37,365 bases of DNA from Candidatus Nomurabacteria bacterium (GTDB taxonomy: Bacteria; Patescibacteriota; Minisyncoccia; Phycocordibacterales; UBA9973), in the NCBI GenBank assembly GCA_016196605.1, contig JACPXJ010000002.1, positions 1 to 37,365 on the forward strand. The letters run 5' to 3'. The notes under the pieces were generated by a model. It had not been told where the DNA came from, did no database searches, and saw only the letters and a list, made by a program, of their open reading frames with translations. This document shows, one piece after another, positions 8,918-17,497 of the stretch (its first letter is position 1; each line of letters opens with the position of its first letter). The position numbers and the translations under genes were made by a program.

Positions 8918-9415
8918 ATGATTACCTTAATCGCAGCCATTGGAAAAAATAATGAATTAGGGAAAAGCAATGATCTTGTTTGGAAACTGCCGGCGGACCA
9001 GAAACATTTTCGAGAAAGGACGACGGGACACACAATGATCATGGGTAGAAAAACTTTTGAGTCGCTGGGTCAGATTCTTCCCAACAGAAGACATATTGTA
9101 ATAACAAGAGATAAAAATTATTCCACCCGTGGCGTAGATGTAGCACATTCTCTAGAAGAAGCTGTAAAACGAGCAAGGACTCCCCTTGCTCAAGATGAGG
9201 AAATATTTATCATTGGCGGGGCAGAAATATTCAATCAAGCGATGGATACAGCAGACAGATTAGACATTACTCATATCGATGGAGAAGATAGAAATGCTGA
9301 CACTTTCTTCCCCGAAATTATTCCAATAGTCTGGAACGAGATATCACATGAAGAACATCAAAAAGACGAGAAAAATCCTTTTAATTATACTTTCTCTGTA
9401 TACGAAAGAATATAG
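8918..9415 (+). CDS. folA: Dihydrofolate reductase
   Basis: IMGRKTFES, LPNRRHIVITR, FIIGGAEIF, ADTFFP; 4 nt after thyA. Confidence 0.97.
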   Translation: MITLIAAIGKNNELGKSNDLVWKLPADQKHFRERTTGHTMIMGRKTFESLGQILPNRRHIVITRDKNYSTRGVDVAHSLEEAVKRARTPLAQDEEIFIIGGAEIFNQAMDTADRLDITHIDGEDRNADTFFPEIIPIVWNEISHEEHQKDEKNPFNYTFSVYERI

Positions 9416-9448
9416 TTTACTATACTGACGGTCGTCAGTTTAGTAAAC
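9415..9448. terminator. Inverted repeat between convergent folA and MazG-like gene
   Basis: GTTTACTATACTGACG-gt-CGTCAGTTTAGTAAAC (16-bp arms, 1 mismatch). Confidence 0.55.
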
Positions 9449-9455
9449 AATCCTT

Positions 9456-9782
9456 TTAAGGATCTTCCGATGTTTTGATGCGGATAAAAATATCCTTGCC
9501 ATCCGGAGATTTTTCTTTTTTATATTTTCTTTTCCTGTTTTTTTCTACTTTTGACATAAGTTCCTTTTCTAGATCAAATCCAAGATTGTGAGACATGCCG
9601 AGCAAAAAAATCATCACATCAGCAAATTCTTCCGCAATACCATCTTGTCCTCTGTCGTATTTTGAAAATGCTTCGGACAGCTCTTCAAAAGCGCGGCAAA
9701 AATCCCTCGTTACGTCATTGCCAAAACCCTTTTCCTTTCTATTGTCCATTATGGACTTCTGAAGTTGCTTAAAATCAAGCAT
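9456..9782 (-). CDS. MazG-like nucleotide pyrophosphohydrolase
   Basis: EELSE...EEFADV acidic motif followed by KVEKNRKR. Confidence 0.8.
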   Translation of the reverse strand: MLDFKQLQKSIMDNRKEKGFGNDVTRDFCRAFEELSEAFSKYDRGQDGIAEEFADVMIFLLGMSHNLGFDLEKELMSKVEKNRKRKYKKEKSPDGKDIFIRIKTSEDP

Positions 9783-9785
9783 AAA

Positions 9786-10292
9786 TTATTGTCTGTCGTA
9801 TTTCTCGACTTGCTTATTTATAATTTCCAGCTTCATTCCGGCTTGTTTAAAAATTTCCTTGCTTCGCTTGGATGAGTGATAATCCTTGAGTGCAACTACT
9901 CTCACAATACCAGCATTGATTATGCTCTGGCTGCATTTATAACATGTAACCATTTTACAATATATAGTGGCACCCAAAACAGGAACACCGACTCTGGCAG
10001 CATTATTGATTGCATTCTGTTCCGCATGCGCAGTCCGAACACAATGTTGCGAGATTGTCCCATCCTCATTAGTCACAGTCTGCATCTCGTGACCGGCCTC
10101 ATCGCAGTCCGGCAGTCCAACCGGGGCGCCCACATATCCTGTCGCAAGAATTCTTTTGTCCTTAACAATAACTGATCCAGACCGTCCCCTGTCACAGGTC
10201 CCCCTTGACCCGATAAGTTCAATCATCTGCAGGAAGTATTCGTCCCACGAAGGCTTCTTGTGTTTTCCCAGTTTTGAAACAGGCTTATGCAT
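9786..10292 (-). CDS. dCMP deaminase (ComEB family)
   Basis: PSWDEYF, ATGY, HAEQNA, CYKC zinc motifs. Confidence 0.92.
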   Translation of the reverse strand: MHKPVSKLGKHKKPSWDEYFLQMIELIGSRGTCDRGRSGSVIVKDKRILATGYVGAPVGLPDCDEAGHEMQTVTNEDGTISQHCVRTAHAEQNAINNAARVGVPVLGATIYCKMVTCYKCSQSIINAGIVRVVALKDYHSSKRSKEIFKQAGMKLEIINKQVEKYDRQ

Positions 10293-10311
10293 CTCTATTA
10301 ATATAACTTAA

Positions 10312-11376
10312 TTAATCTTTCTTTCCAAGAGCTTTGATAATTTTTAGATACATATCCTCCACAATCTTTCTTTGAGCTTTACCGGTAGTCACATAATGAT
10401 CCAGCCCGGGAGCGGCGTTTATTTCGATAATGTAATAACTACAGTCTTTAACATTTTTCGTGATATCCCCTTCTGTCACCATGATATCGACTCCGGCTAT
10501 TCGCAATCCCATATCCTTGGTTAAATTTATAGCAATCTTTCTGAAGCTCGGATGAATAATATTCGTAACGTCTTTAGCGTCGCCACCAGTAGAAAGATTG
10601 GCATTATCAAGCAAAAAAATTTGCTCGCCCTTCTCTAAAATACTCTTAAAAGTAAGCCCTGTTCTCTTTAATTTTAATTTGGTTCTCCTGTCATCAAAGT
10701 CAATTTTGGTATCCCGTCTTTCCTTCTCGAATTTTTCTTGCTTCTGTTTTAAAAGTGTAAAAATGGAATGCTTCCCATCTCCGGTCACCGAAAGAGGAAT
10801 GCGCTCATAAGCGGAAATTATTTTTCTATCCAAAACAACGATCCGATAATCGTGCCCCGGCAAATATCTTTCAATGATGGCAATTTTATCTATTTCAAAA
10901 ACTGATCGGGCGGCAGAAATTAACTCACTTTGGTTCTGCGCCAGAGAAACTTCCACACCCTGGCTTTGGCTATTTGGCTTTACAATCAAGGGGTAACCTA
11001 ATTTTTTTGCATATTTTATACCAGCGCCAATTTTTCGATCACTTCCTATTGCCTTGGCCCACGAATTTCTGAAAAAAGTCTTACCTTCGGCCACGGGGTA
11101 TCCGCGATGCCGCATGAAAAATTTCGCATAGTCTTTGTCTTTGGCAATGTCAGCTGAACCAACATGATTTAAGTCTAAAGTATAATAGCGCAGTGATCTC
11201 ACTACCCCATTTTTATAAATTATTTGCGCCGCAATCCCCCATTCCGGCTCGATGATGACCTTCGCGCCAATTTTTGGGGCAAGCTTTTTAACTAGTTTCG
11301 TCAAATATGGAAATTTATTTCCGCCTCTTCGGCGGATCGCCGTTGAGGCGATTTTATCTCTTATTTTTCTTTGCAT
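10312..11376 (-). CDS. ATP-grasp ligase similar to the cyanophycin synthetase / GshF ATP-grasp domain
   Basis: YPLIVKP..SQG, IIERYLPGHDYR, ANLSTGG, AGVDI, IIEINAAPGL; no Mur-ligase domain. Confidence 0.85.
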   Translation of the reverse strand: MQRKIRDKIASTAIRRRGGNKFPYLTKLVKKLAPKIGAKVIIEPEWGIAAQIIYKNGVVRSLRYYTLDLNHVGSADIAKDKDYAKFFMRHRGYPVAEGKTFFRNSWAKAIGSDRKIGAGIKYAKKLGYPLIVKPNSQSQGVEVSLAQNQSELISAARSVFEIDKIAIIERYLPGHDYRIVVLDRKIISAYERIPLSVTGDGKHSIFTLLKQKQEKFEKERRDTKIDFDDRRTKLKLKRTGLTFKSILEKGEQIFLLDNANLSTGGDAKDVTNIIHPSFRKIAINLTKDMGLRIAGVDIMVTEGDITKNVKDCSYYIIEINAAPGLDHYVTTGKAQRKIVEDMYLKIIKALGKKD

Positions 11377-12073
11377 ATTTTTTTATATTTGCAAAAAGCG
11401 GTCCATACATGTCTTTTTTTTGATCAACAGATATTTCACCTCGTTTTGTCTTATCAGTAAAAACAACCGGCGCATCATAAATTATAGCAAGAGGTGTTTG
11501 TTCTTTTCCTTCACCCATAGTAAGCACTGCCGTAGCTGCCAAACTATCAGCCACATTAGTCTTGGACATTTTTAGAATCCTGCCGAAAATATCTTTCTTG
11601 CCTATGTAGTTTCGGACGCCTCGAAAACCAGCATAACCAACAGCCATGCCTACGGCACCGTTTCGGAGAGGCATAAATCCTGAGTCAGTTATTAAAACTC
11701 CTAAATTTCTTAAACGGAATTTTCTCATGAGCTTTTTCCTTAAAGTTTCCGCGCTTTTGTAACTATCTTTAGGGAGGCATGTTAATTTGCCGTTTCCGTT
11801 TGATTCGTCCACACCTGCAAACGCCATAACTATGTTATTTTTTATGGTAAATAAGATGTTGTTTTCAAGAATAAAATCGCTTTCTGTCTTTATAAGATTT
11901 GCTCTAGTTTTCTCTCCTTTATATCCTGCTACCCTCCCTTCAGAAAGGGAGACTATTTTAGAAGTTACAACCAAGATAGAATTTTCTCTTATTATTTTGA
12001 CGTATTTTAAAACAAAAGAAAATAAATCCTCATGTTCGCGGAATATTTTAGTTTTGATTGATTTGACTTGCAT
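11354..12073 (-). CDS. CofE-family (F420:gamma-glutamyl ligase-like) protein
   Basis: VVTSKIVSLSEG, AGVDESN, GVLITDS..PLRNG, ADSLA..MGEGKEQTP. Confidence 0.85.
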   Translation of the reverse strand: MQVKSIKTKIFREHEDLFSFVLKYVKIIRENSILVVTSKIVSLSEGRVAGYKGEKTRANLIKTESDFILENNILFTIKNNIVMAFAGVDESNGNGKLTCLPKDSYKSAETLRKKLMRKFRLRNLGVLITDSGFMPLRNGAVGMAVGYAGFRGVRNYIGKKDIFGRILKMSKTNVADSLAATAVLTMGEGKEQTPLAIIYDAPVVFTDKTKRGEISVDQKKDMYGPLFANIKKYAKKNKR

Positions 12074-12155
12074 CCCGTTAGAAATCACATCAGATACATT
12101 TTTTGATAATTTTGATAATTGCGAAGAGAAGTAAGAAAATTTCTAACGGGATGCA
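12069..12155. repeat. MITE/REP-like element with perfect 17-bp terminal inverted repeats
   Basis: TGCATCCCGTTAGAAAT (12069-12085) and ATTTCTAACGGGATGCA (12139-12155), 53-bp spacer. Confidence 0.75.
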
Positions 12156-12793
12156 TTACCTTTGCCTTTAAGGAGATAAATTCCAAGATATGAAAGCGGA
12201 GTATAGGCAAAACCCATCGCTACTTTAAAAAGCCACCACGGAATGATGATAGAAATTATGGTTGGGATTGAATAAACCCCCACAAAAGCAATCGACATGA
12301 AAATCACCGTGTCCAAGAACTGGGACCAGATATTGGATAGATTGGATCTAAGCCAGAATTTCTTTTCTCCGATTCTTTTCTTGAAAAAGAAAAATGAAAT
12401 GACATCCTGATATTCAGCGATAACAAAAGCTACCAGCGAAGCAATAGAAAAACGAGCAGATAATCCAAAAACTTGTTCATACCCCTCTTTTGCCCAAAGA
12501 CTTTTTTCCGCCCACGGCAACACCGCAGAAATAAGGGAGTAAAGAAGAAATAAAGCAATAGAGATGATTCCGGCCAGCACGAAATTCTTCGCCATTTTTT
12601 TTCCGTACACTTCTCCGATAACATCCGTCATGATGAAAACTATCGGAAAAGAAAAGACGGCAACCGAAAGATTCGTCTCAAAGAGAAAAGGCATCAGCTT
12701 TATCCCGAGAGTGTTCGCTGCAAAAAGAGAAGTGATATACAGAGTGAGACAAATCAGAATTTTTTTATAATCTCTCTCTGTAAGTGTCTGCAT
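12143..12793 (-). CDS. YhhQ / VUT-family (queuosine-precursor-type) transporter
   Basis: TDVIGEVYGKK, ASLVAF, WLRSNLSNIWSQFLDTVIF; multiple TM segments. Confidence 0.88.
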   Translation of the reverse strand: MQTLTERDYKKILICLTLYITSLFAANTLGIKLMPFLFETNLSVAVFSFPIVFIMTDVIGEVYGKKMAKNFVLAGIISIALFLLYSLISAVLPWAEKSLWAKEGYEQVFGLSARFSIASLVAFVIAEYQDVISFFFFKKRIGEKKFWLRSNLSNIWSQFLDTVIFMSIAFVGVYSIPTIISIIIPWWLFKVAMGFAYTPLSYLGIYLLKGKGNASR

Positions 12794-12794
12794 A

Positions 12795-13217
12795 CTATTT
12801 TACCTCAATGCCCATCGAACGAGCAGAGCCGGCAATGATATTGATAGCGCCTTCGTCGTCTTTAGAATTCAAATCCGGCATCTTTTTCTTGGCGATTTCA
12901 AGAGCTTGCGCGCGAGTAATTTTCCCAGCTTTTGTAGCGACATTTTTTCCGGAACCCTTTTCTACTCCGGCCGCTTTGAGAATAAGGCCTGAAACCGGAG
13001 GCGTTTTAATGATAAAATCATAAGTGCGGTCGTCATAGACAGTGATGGAAACTCCGACTTTTTCCCCTGCCATCTTTGCTGTGGCAGCATTGAATTTAGT
13101 CACGAAGTCTCCGATGTTAATTCCGGCTTGACCAAGCGCTGGTCCTAGTGGCGGCGCGGGAGTGGCCTTTGCGGCTTGAATTTGTAGCTTTATTTTTTTA
13201 GTAATTTTTTTAGCCAT
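12795..13217 (-). CDS. rplK: 50S ribosomal protein L11
   Basis: [29 protein letters not shown]. Confidence 0.98.
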   Translation of the reverse strand: MAKKITKKIKLQIQAAKATPAPPLGPALGQAGINIGDFVTKFNAATAKMAGEKVGVSITVYDDRTYDFIIKTPPVSGLILKAAGVEKGSGKNVATKAGKITRAQALEIAKKKMPDLNSKDDEGAINIIAGSARSMGIEVK

Positions 13218-13231
13218 TTGTGTAGATTAGC

Positions 13232-13777
13232 TTAAATTTTGCGGACTTGCAAGAAATCCAGCTCGACCGGTGTCTCGCGACCGAACATGGAAACAAGCAC
13301 TTTGATCTTGCCGCGTTCCTGATCAATAGAGTTAACTTTTCCCTCGAGATCCTTAAATGGACCATCAGTGATCAAGATACTTTCTCCTACCACCATGTCG
13401 ATATTATGTTTAGCTGTACCAGCGTCCATTTTCTTGAAAAGGAATTCAACCTCGTCAGACTTTAAAGGTACAGGATTGACCCCGGCGCCGACGAAGCCGG
13501 TCACTCTGGGAGTGTTGCGCACTACGTACCAAGAATCATCGGTCACGATCATATCTACCAAGACGTAGCCGGGGTAAATCTTCTCTTCCACCTCTACTCT
13601 TTTTCCTCCTTTAATTTTGATTTTCTTCTCGATCGGCACAATGACGTTGAAAATTTTATCGTTCATGCCGAGCGAATCAATACGCTGTTTCAAATTGCGC
13701 AGAACGACATTTTCGTATCCGGCATATGTATGGATAGCATACCAATTTCTAGCTCCCTGACTCTCCTGTTTAGACAT
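13232..13777 (-). CDS. nusG: Transcription termination/antitermination factor NusG
   Basis: WYAIHTYAGYE, YPGYVLV, VRNTPRVTGFVG, KOW motif, FGRETPVELDF. Confidence 0.98.
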   Translation of the reverse strand: MSKQESQGARNWYAIHTYAGYENVVLRNLKQRIDSLGMNDKIFNVIVPIEKKIKIKGGKRVEVEEKIYPGYVLVDMIVTDDSWYVVRNTPRVTGFVGAGVNPVPLKSDEVEFLFKKMDAGTAKHNIDMVVGESILITDGPFKDLEGKVNSIDQERGKIKVLVSMFGRETPVELDFLQVRKI

Positions 13778-13832
13778 TGTATGTAAATTATTAATTACGG
13801 ATTACGAATTTCAAATTGTTAATTCGTAATTT

Positions 13833-14015
13833 TTAATTGATAATTCGTTCCAGACCTCTCGAGAAAATAAAATCGAAAATACCTAAGTAATATGCCACTA
13901 TTACAGACAAAATGATAACAATTAAAGTATAGTAAAAAGTCTGGCTTTTGTTCGGCCAAATCACATGCTTTAATTCCGTCCTGGTTTCTTTTAAATATTC
14001 AGTGATTTTTGACAT
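13833..14015 (-). CDS. secE: Preprotein translocase subunit SecE
   Basis: ELKHVIWP followed by one TM helix; upstream of nusG. Confidence 0.95.
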   Translation of the reverse strand: MSKITEYLKETRTELKHVIWPNKSQTFYYTLIVIILSVIVAYYLGIFDFIFSRGLERIIN

Positions 14016-14115
14016 GGTTATAAAAATATAGTCGCTTACGCTCCTTATTTTTTATAAGAAAGCCCCTCGCAGGGCTCTTTTGAGACTACTCTTTTTCTAA
14101 AAAAAGTCAACAGAA

Positions 14116-14970
14116 TTACCTTATCTCATAAGTTATGGTCACATCCGAGCTGATAGTGTTCTCGCCCTTTGGAAGCTCGGCCGGAGCGGGAGCAGAACCT
14201 GCGCCCATCATGGAATCCTTGGCGTAATAAATAGGTCCCCCATAACCGCCGTCTTCGCTGAAGTTTGCTATCCTGCCCAATTTTACCCCCAAGTCCTTTG
14301 CCAGTGTTTCCGCCTTTTCTCTTGCATCTTCAATTGCCTTCTTTCTGGCCTCTGCTTTGAGAGCGTCTTCGTCATCTATTGCAAAATTGGGGCCGCTTAA
14401 ATTGGAAACGCCAGTCGCGCCGAGCCCCTGCATGATCGCGCTTGCATCATCCGTATTGCGGATTTTCACTGTAATGCTTTCGCTTGCGGTATAGCCAGTA
14501 ATTGTCTGCTTGCCGGGAGGGCAATAATACGGAGACGGCATGCTTGACTCGACTCCGGACCCGGACGATCCTAGCGGGATCGGCGGACATATGGCCTCTC
14601 TGTATTCATATTTTGGATAAAAGGAAGCATCGGACGTCTTGATGTCTTTGTCAGCCACGCCCTTGGCTTTTAACAAATCCAGCGCCTTTTTTTCAATAAC
14701 AGCCACTGCTTCCTGAGCATCTTTGACCGTTTTTGCATCTTTGCTTATAGTAAAATATACGCTTGCGATATCAGGAATGGCGGTAACTTCTCCATGTCCG
14801 GACAAAGTGATGGTATTCGCGTTCGAACTGCCCATCATGCCATAAGACCGGAATTCGGCCAACAATTTTACGGCAAAAAACAAAGAAAGCACCACTAAAA
14901 AGGCGAACAAGGCCTTGCACAAATTCTTTAAATATTGGCTCGGTATTTCCATCTTTTCATTATACTTCAA
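14116..14970 (-). CDS. SIMPL-domain (DUF541/YggE-like) protein
   Basis: N-terminal TM, ITLSGHGEVTAIPDIA, AIEDAREKAETLA, VTITYEI; exact start uncertain. Confidence 0.88.
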   Translation of the reverse strand: MKYNEKMEIPSQYLKNLCKALFAFLVVLSLFFAVKLLAEFRSYGMMGSSNANTITLSGHGEVTAIPDIASVYFTISKDAKTVKDAQEAVAVIEKKALDLLKAKGVADKDIKTSDASFYPKYEYREAICPPIPLGSSGSGVESSMPSPYYCPPGKQTITGYTASESITVKIRNTDDASAIMQGLGATGVSNLSGPNFAIDDEDALKAEARKKAIEDAREKAETLAKDLGVKLGRIANFSEDGGYGGPIYYAKDSMMGAGSAPAPAELPKGENTISSDVTITYEIR

Positions 14971-14977
14971 GATTTTG

Positions 14978-16045
14978 CTAAATCAAGTTTACTTCCAGAA
15001 TAAGCTCAATGTTAAACTTTTCTTTTACATCTGCAATAATTTTATTGGCCAAAGAGAGTATTTCTTCGCCAGTCGCTCCGCCATAATTTATCAGAACAAG
15101 CGCCTGCTTGTCATGCACACCCACATTGCCTGTTTTCTTCCCTTTCCATCCAGTTTGCTCGATAAGCCAGGCAACAGGAATTTTCACAAAAACGGAAGCC
15201 TTGCTTCCGTTTTCTTCATCATCCTTGAAATAAGGCATATCGGGATAATTTTTTAATAATTCCCTCAATTTTTCCTGATCTACAAAAACATTTTTAAAAA
15301 AACTGCCAGCATTGGGAATTATCGCCGGATCGGGAAGCTTGGTACGGCGAATATGTGAGACTGCAGAACTTACATCTTTCGAACTCTTAATTGCAATCTC
15401 ATTCTTTTCTAAATACTCCCGCAGAACTTTATAACTAAGGTTCTTCCGCTCAATTTTGCTCAATTTTAAAGTTATGGCGGAAATAAAATACTTATCCTTT
15501 AGTTCATTTTTGAAAATACTGTCGCGATAGCCAAAATTGCATTCTTCACTCCTGAAAATTCTTTTCTCTCCATTCTCTATGTTGTATGCTTCCACGTTTT
15601 CGAGCACATCTTTGAGTTCCGCTCCATACGCCCCGATATTCTGCATCGGCGCGGCGCCGACTGTTCCCGGAATGAGCGAAAGATTTTCGATGCCCCAGAG
15701 TCCGCGCTCTACGGCAAAATTAACCAGGTCGTGCCAGATCTCCCCTCCCATGCACCTTATTAAAATACTTTCGGGATCCTCATCAAGAATCTTTATACCC
15801 TTTAACTTATTCAAAATAACCAGACCGTCAAAGTCTTTGGTAAACAAAACATTGCTCCCTCCGCCTAAAAATAACTTTGGGATATTTTTTCCGCCATAGG
15901 CGGATCCGCCTCGGGCGGAGAATTCTTCCATGCCAAAAAGCTCTTTTAAATCATGCTCGTTCTCTATTTCAACAAAAAATTTCGCCTTTGCAGATATGCT
16001 AAAAGTATTTAGTTTAGACAGATTGTAATCATATTTAATTTTCAT
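14978..16045 (-). CDS. murB: UDP-N-acetylenolpyruvoylglucosamine reductase
   Basis: LGGGSNVLF, ENLSLIPGTVGAAPMQNIGAYG, FGYRDSIFK, NAGSFFKN. Confidence 0.97.
   Translation of the reverse strand: MKIKYDYNLSKLNTFSISAKAKFFVEIENEHDLKELFGMEEFSARGGSAYGGKNIPKLFLGGGSNVLFTKDFDGLVILNKLKGIKILDEDPESILIRCMGGEIWHDLVNFAVERGLWGIENLSLIPGTVGAAPMQNIGAYGAELKDVLENVEAYNIENGEKRIFRSEECNFGYRDSIFKNELKDKYFISAITLKLSKIERKNLSYKVLREYLEKNEIAIKSSKDVSSAVSHIRRTKLPDPAIIPNAGSFFKNVFVDQEKLRELLKNYPDMPYFKDDEENGSKASVFVKIPVAWLIEQTGWKGKKTGNVGVHDKQALVLINYGGATGEEILSLANKIIADVKEKFNIELILEVNLI
15890..15919. repeat. Tandem 15-bp mini-hairpins in frame inside murB
   Basis: TCCGCC-ATA-GGCGGA TCCGCC-TCG-GGCGGA, encoding SARGGSAYGG. Confidence 0.8.
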
Positions 16046-16050
16046 TACAT

Positions 16051-17094
16051 TTATATCCTATCATATAATTCTCTCCTAATTTTTCCAGCTAATTTGTAAC
16101 TATTCCCATGTGAAATCAACCCTAGATAAGATTGGACTGTTTCCTGCTTTGGATTATTCCTTAAATTTTTCAACATTCGGTTCTTGGTAGTCGTCCGTAA
16201 AACTCGATGCTTTGGAAAATGCACCCAGCCGAGGAAATCAAGGCCGGAAGCAAAAGTTTTAATAAAAACTTTGTCGGGATGAAGTTGTAGCTTAAGTTTG
16301 TGTTCAAAAAAATCAGAAATTTTAGGGAGCAAATTTTCAAGATAATTTTTACTATCGCTTAGTATCGCAAAATCATCCGCATACCTGATATAATATTTTA
16401 CTTTCAATTCTCTTTTCATAAACTGATCAAATTCGTTCATGTAAATATTTACCAGAAGCTGGGAAGTTAAATTCCCTAACGGCAACCCCTTGCATATATC
16501 AGCCCCGCCGACGCTAAAGCTTTGGCGGGCAGGCATGGCGTAGGTATGCTTTGAATTGAAACTATCTATCACCTGTGAAAGCAGCCAGAGAACATCTTTG
16601 TCAAAGAGACACTTTGACAATATCGATTTCAAAATACTGTGGTCAATGCTCGCAAAGAATTTCCGAATATCGCATTTGAGCACCCAGCAGGTTTTGGTGT
16701 TGTTTTTTGAGACTTTTCTAGAGAAATCGCGAAATCTACTTATGGCTTTATGCGTTCCTTTGTTTATCCGGCAGGAATATGAGTCGTGAATGAATTTGGA
16801 ATCGAAATACGGATAAAGCTCTTGGTAAATTAAATGGTGAAGCAATCTATCTCTGACTAGTGCCTTATGTATCTGCCTCGGTTTCGGATCGGAAATATTA
16901 AAAGCATGATAACCGCCATGCGTGTAAGTTTTATTTTTCAAATCATTTTGTAGAGACAGAATATTATCCATCAGGTGCAGCTGAAATTCTTGAACGTCTT
17001 TTCTATTTCTTTTGTCGCGTAAAAATTCCTGCCAAGCTTTAAGCAGATTTTCTATGGTTATGATATTATCATATGTATGAACAAATCTTTTCAT
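16051..17094 (-). CDS. DGR reverse transcriptase
   Basis: KPRQI, RDRLLHH, SYSCR..KGTH, LKCDIRKFF, GLPLGNLTSQ, YIRYADDF, DFLG; 347 aa, no maturase or endonuclease domain. Confidence 0.96.
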   Translation of the reverse strand: MKRFVHTYDNIITIENLLKAWQEFLRDKRNRKDVQEFQLHLMDNILSLQNDLKNKTYTHGGYHAFNISDPKPRQIHKALVRDRLLHHLIYQELYPYFDSKFIHDSYSCRINKGTHKAISRFRDFSRKVSKNNTKTCWVLKCDIRKFFASIDHSILKSILSKCLFDKDVLWLLSQVIDSFNSKHTYAMPARQSFSVGGADICKGLPLGNLTSQLLVNIYMNEFDQFMKRELKVKYYIRYADDFAILSDSKNYLENLLPKISDFFEHKLKLQLHPDKVFIKTFASGLDFLGWVHFPKHRVLRTTTKNRMLKNLRNNPKQETVQSYLGLISHGNSYKLAGKIRRELYDRI

Positions 17095-17482
17095 GATTCC
17101 CGGACCCCCCCCCGCAGCGCCTTCAGCGCTTCTAAAAACAAAAACCGCCTACTTTATTTGGTTTAATATATACAACGATTTTCCTAAAGCCCATCGCTAT
17201 ACTCTGGGCGGAAAGATTGAGGATTACTTTCTTGGCCTCTTGGAAAATATTTTTATTTCTATATATCTGCCGCCGGAAACTAAAATCCCCCGCCTCATCT
17301 TGGCAATTTCCAAACTTGATGGAGTCAAATTCTTCCTGCAAATTGCCTGGGAAAACAAATGCGTTCCCAATGAGAAATATTCCCTTCTTTCAGAAAACTT
17401 GGATGAAATAGGCAGAATGCTCGGCGGCTGGAAAAAAGGCATAGAAAACAATTTGCAAAAGAAAACTCCTCCAAACAAATGA
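17093..17482 (+). CDS. avd: Avd-like four-helix-bundle accessory protein (antisense to RT/TR)
   Basis: FPKAHRYTLGGKI...LDEIGRMLGGWKK, typical of bAvd/four-helix-bundle proteins; lies between TR and RT. Confidence 0.88.
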   Translation: MIPGPPPAAPSALLKTKTAYFIWFNIYNDFPKAHRYTLGGKIEDYFLGLLENIFISIYLPPETKIPRLILAISKLDGVKFFLQIAWENKCVPNEKYSLLSENLDEIGRMLGGWKKGIENNLQKKTPPNK

Positions 17483-17497
17483 AGGAGAAACAGCGAG

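Noticed and set aside
10312-11376. Cyanophycin synthetase (cphA)
   Set aside because: Only the ATP-grasp portion is present (354 aa); no Mur-ligase domain and no cyanophycinase nearby.
11354-12073. Coenzyme F420 biosynthesis
   Set aside because: No other cof/fbi genes in the window; the context points to folate or nucleotide metabolism.
16051-17094. RT as a group II intron, retron or Abi RT
   Set aside because: No maturase/endonuclease domain or intron domain V seen; the TR/VR pair and Avd identify it as a DGR RT.
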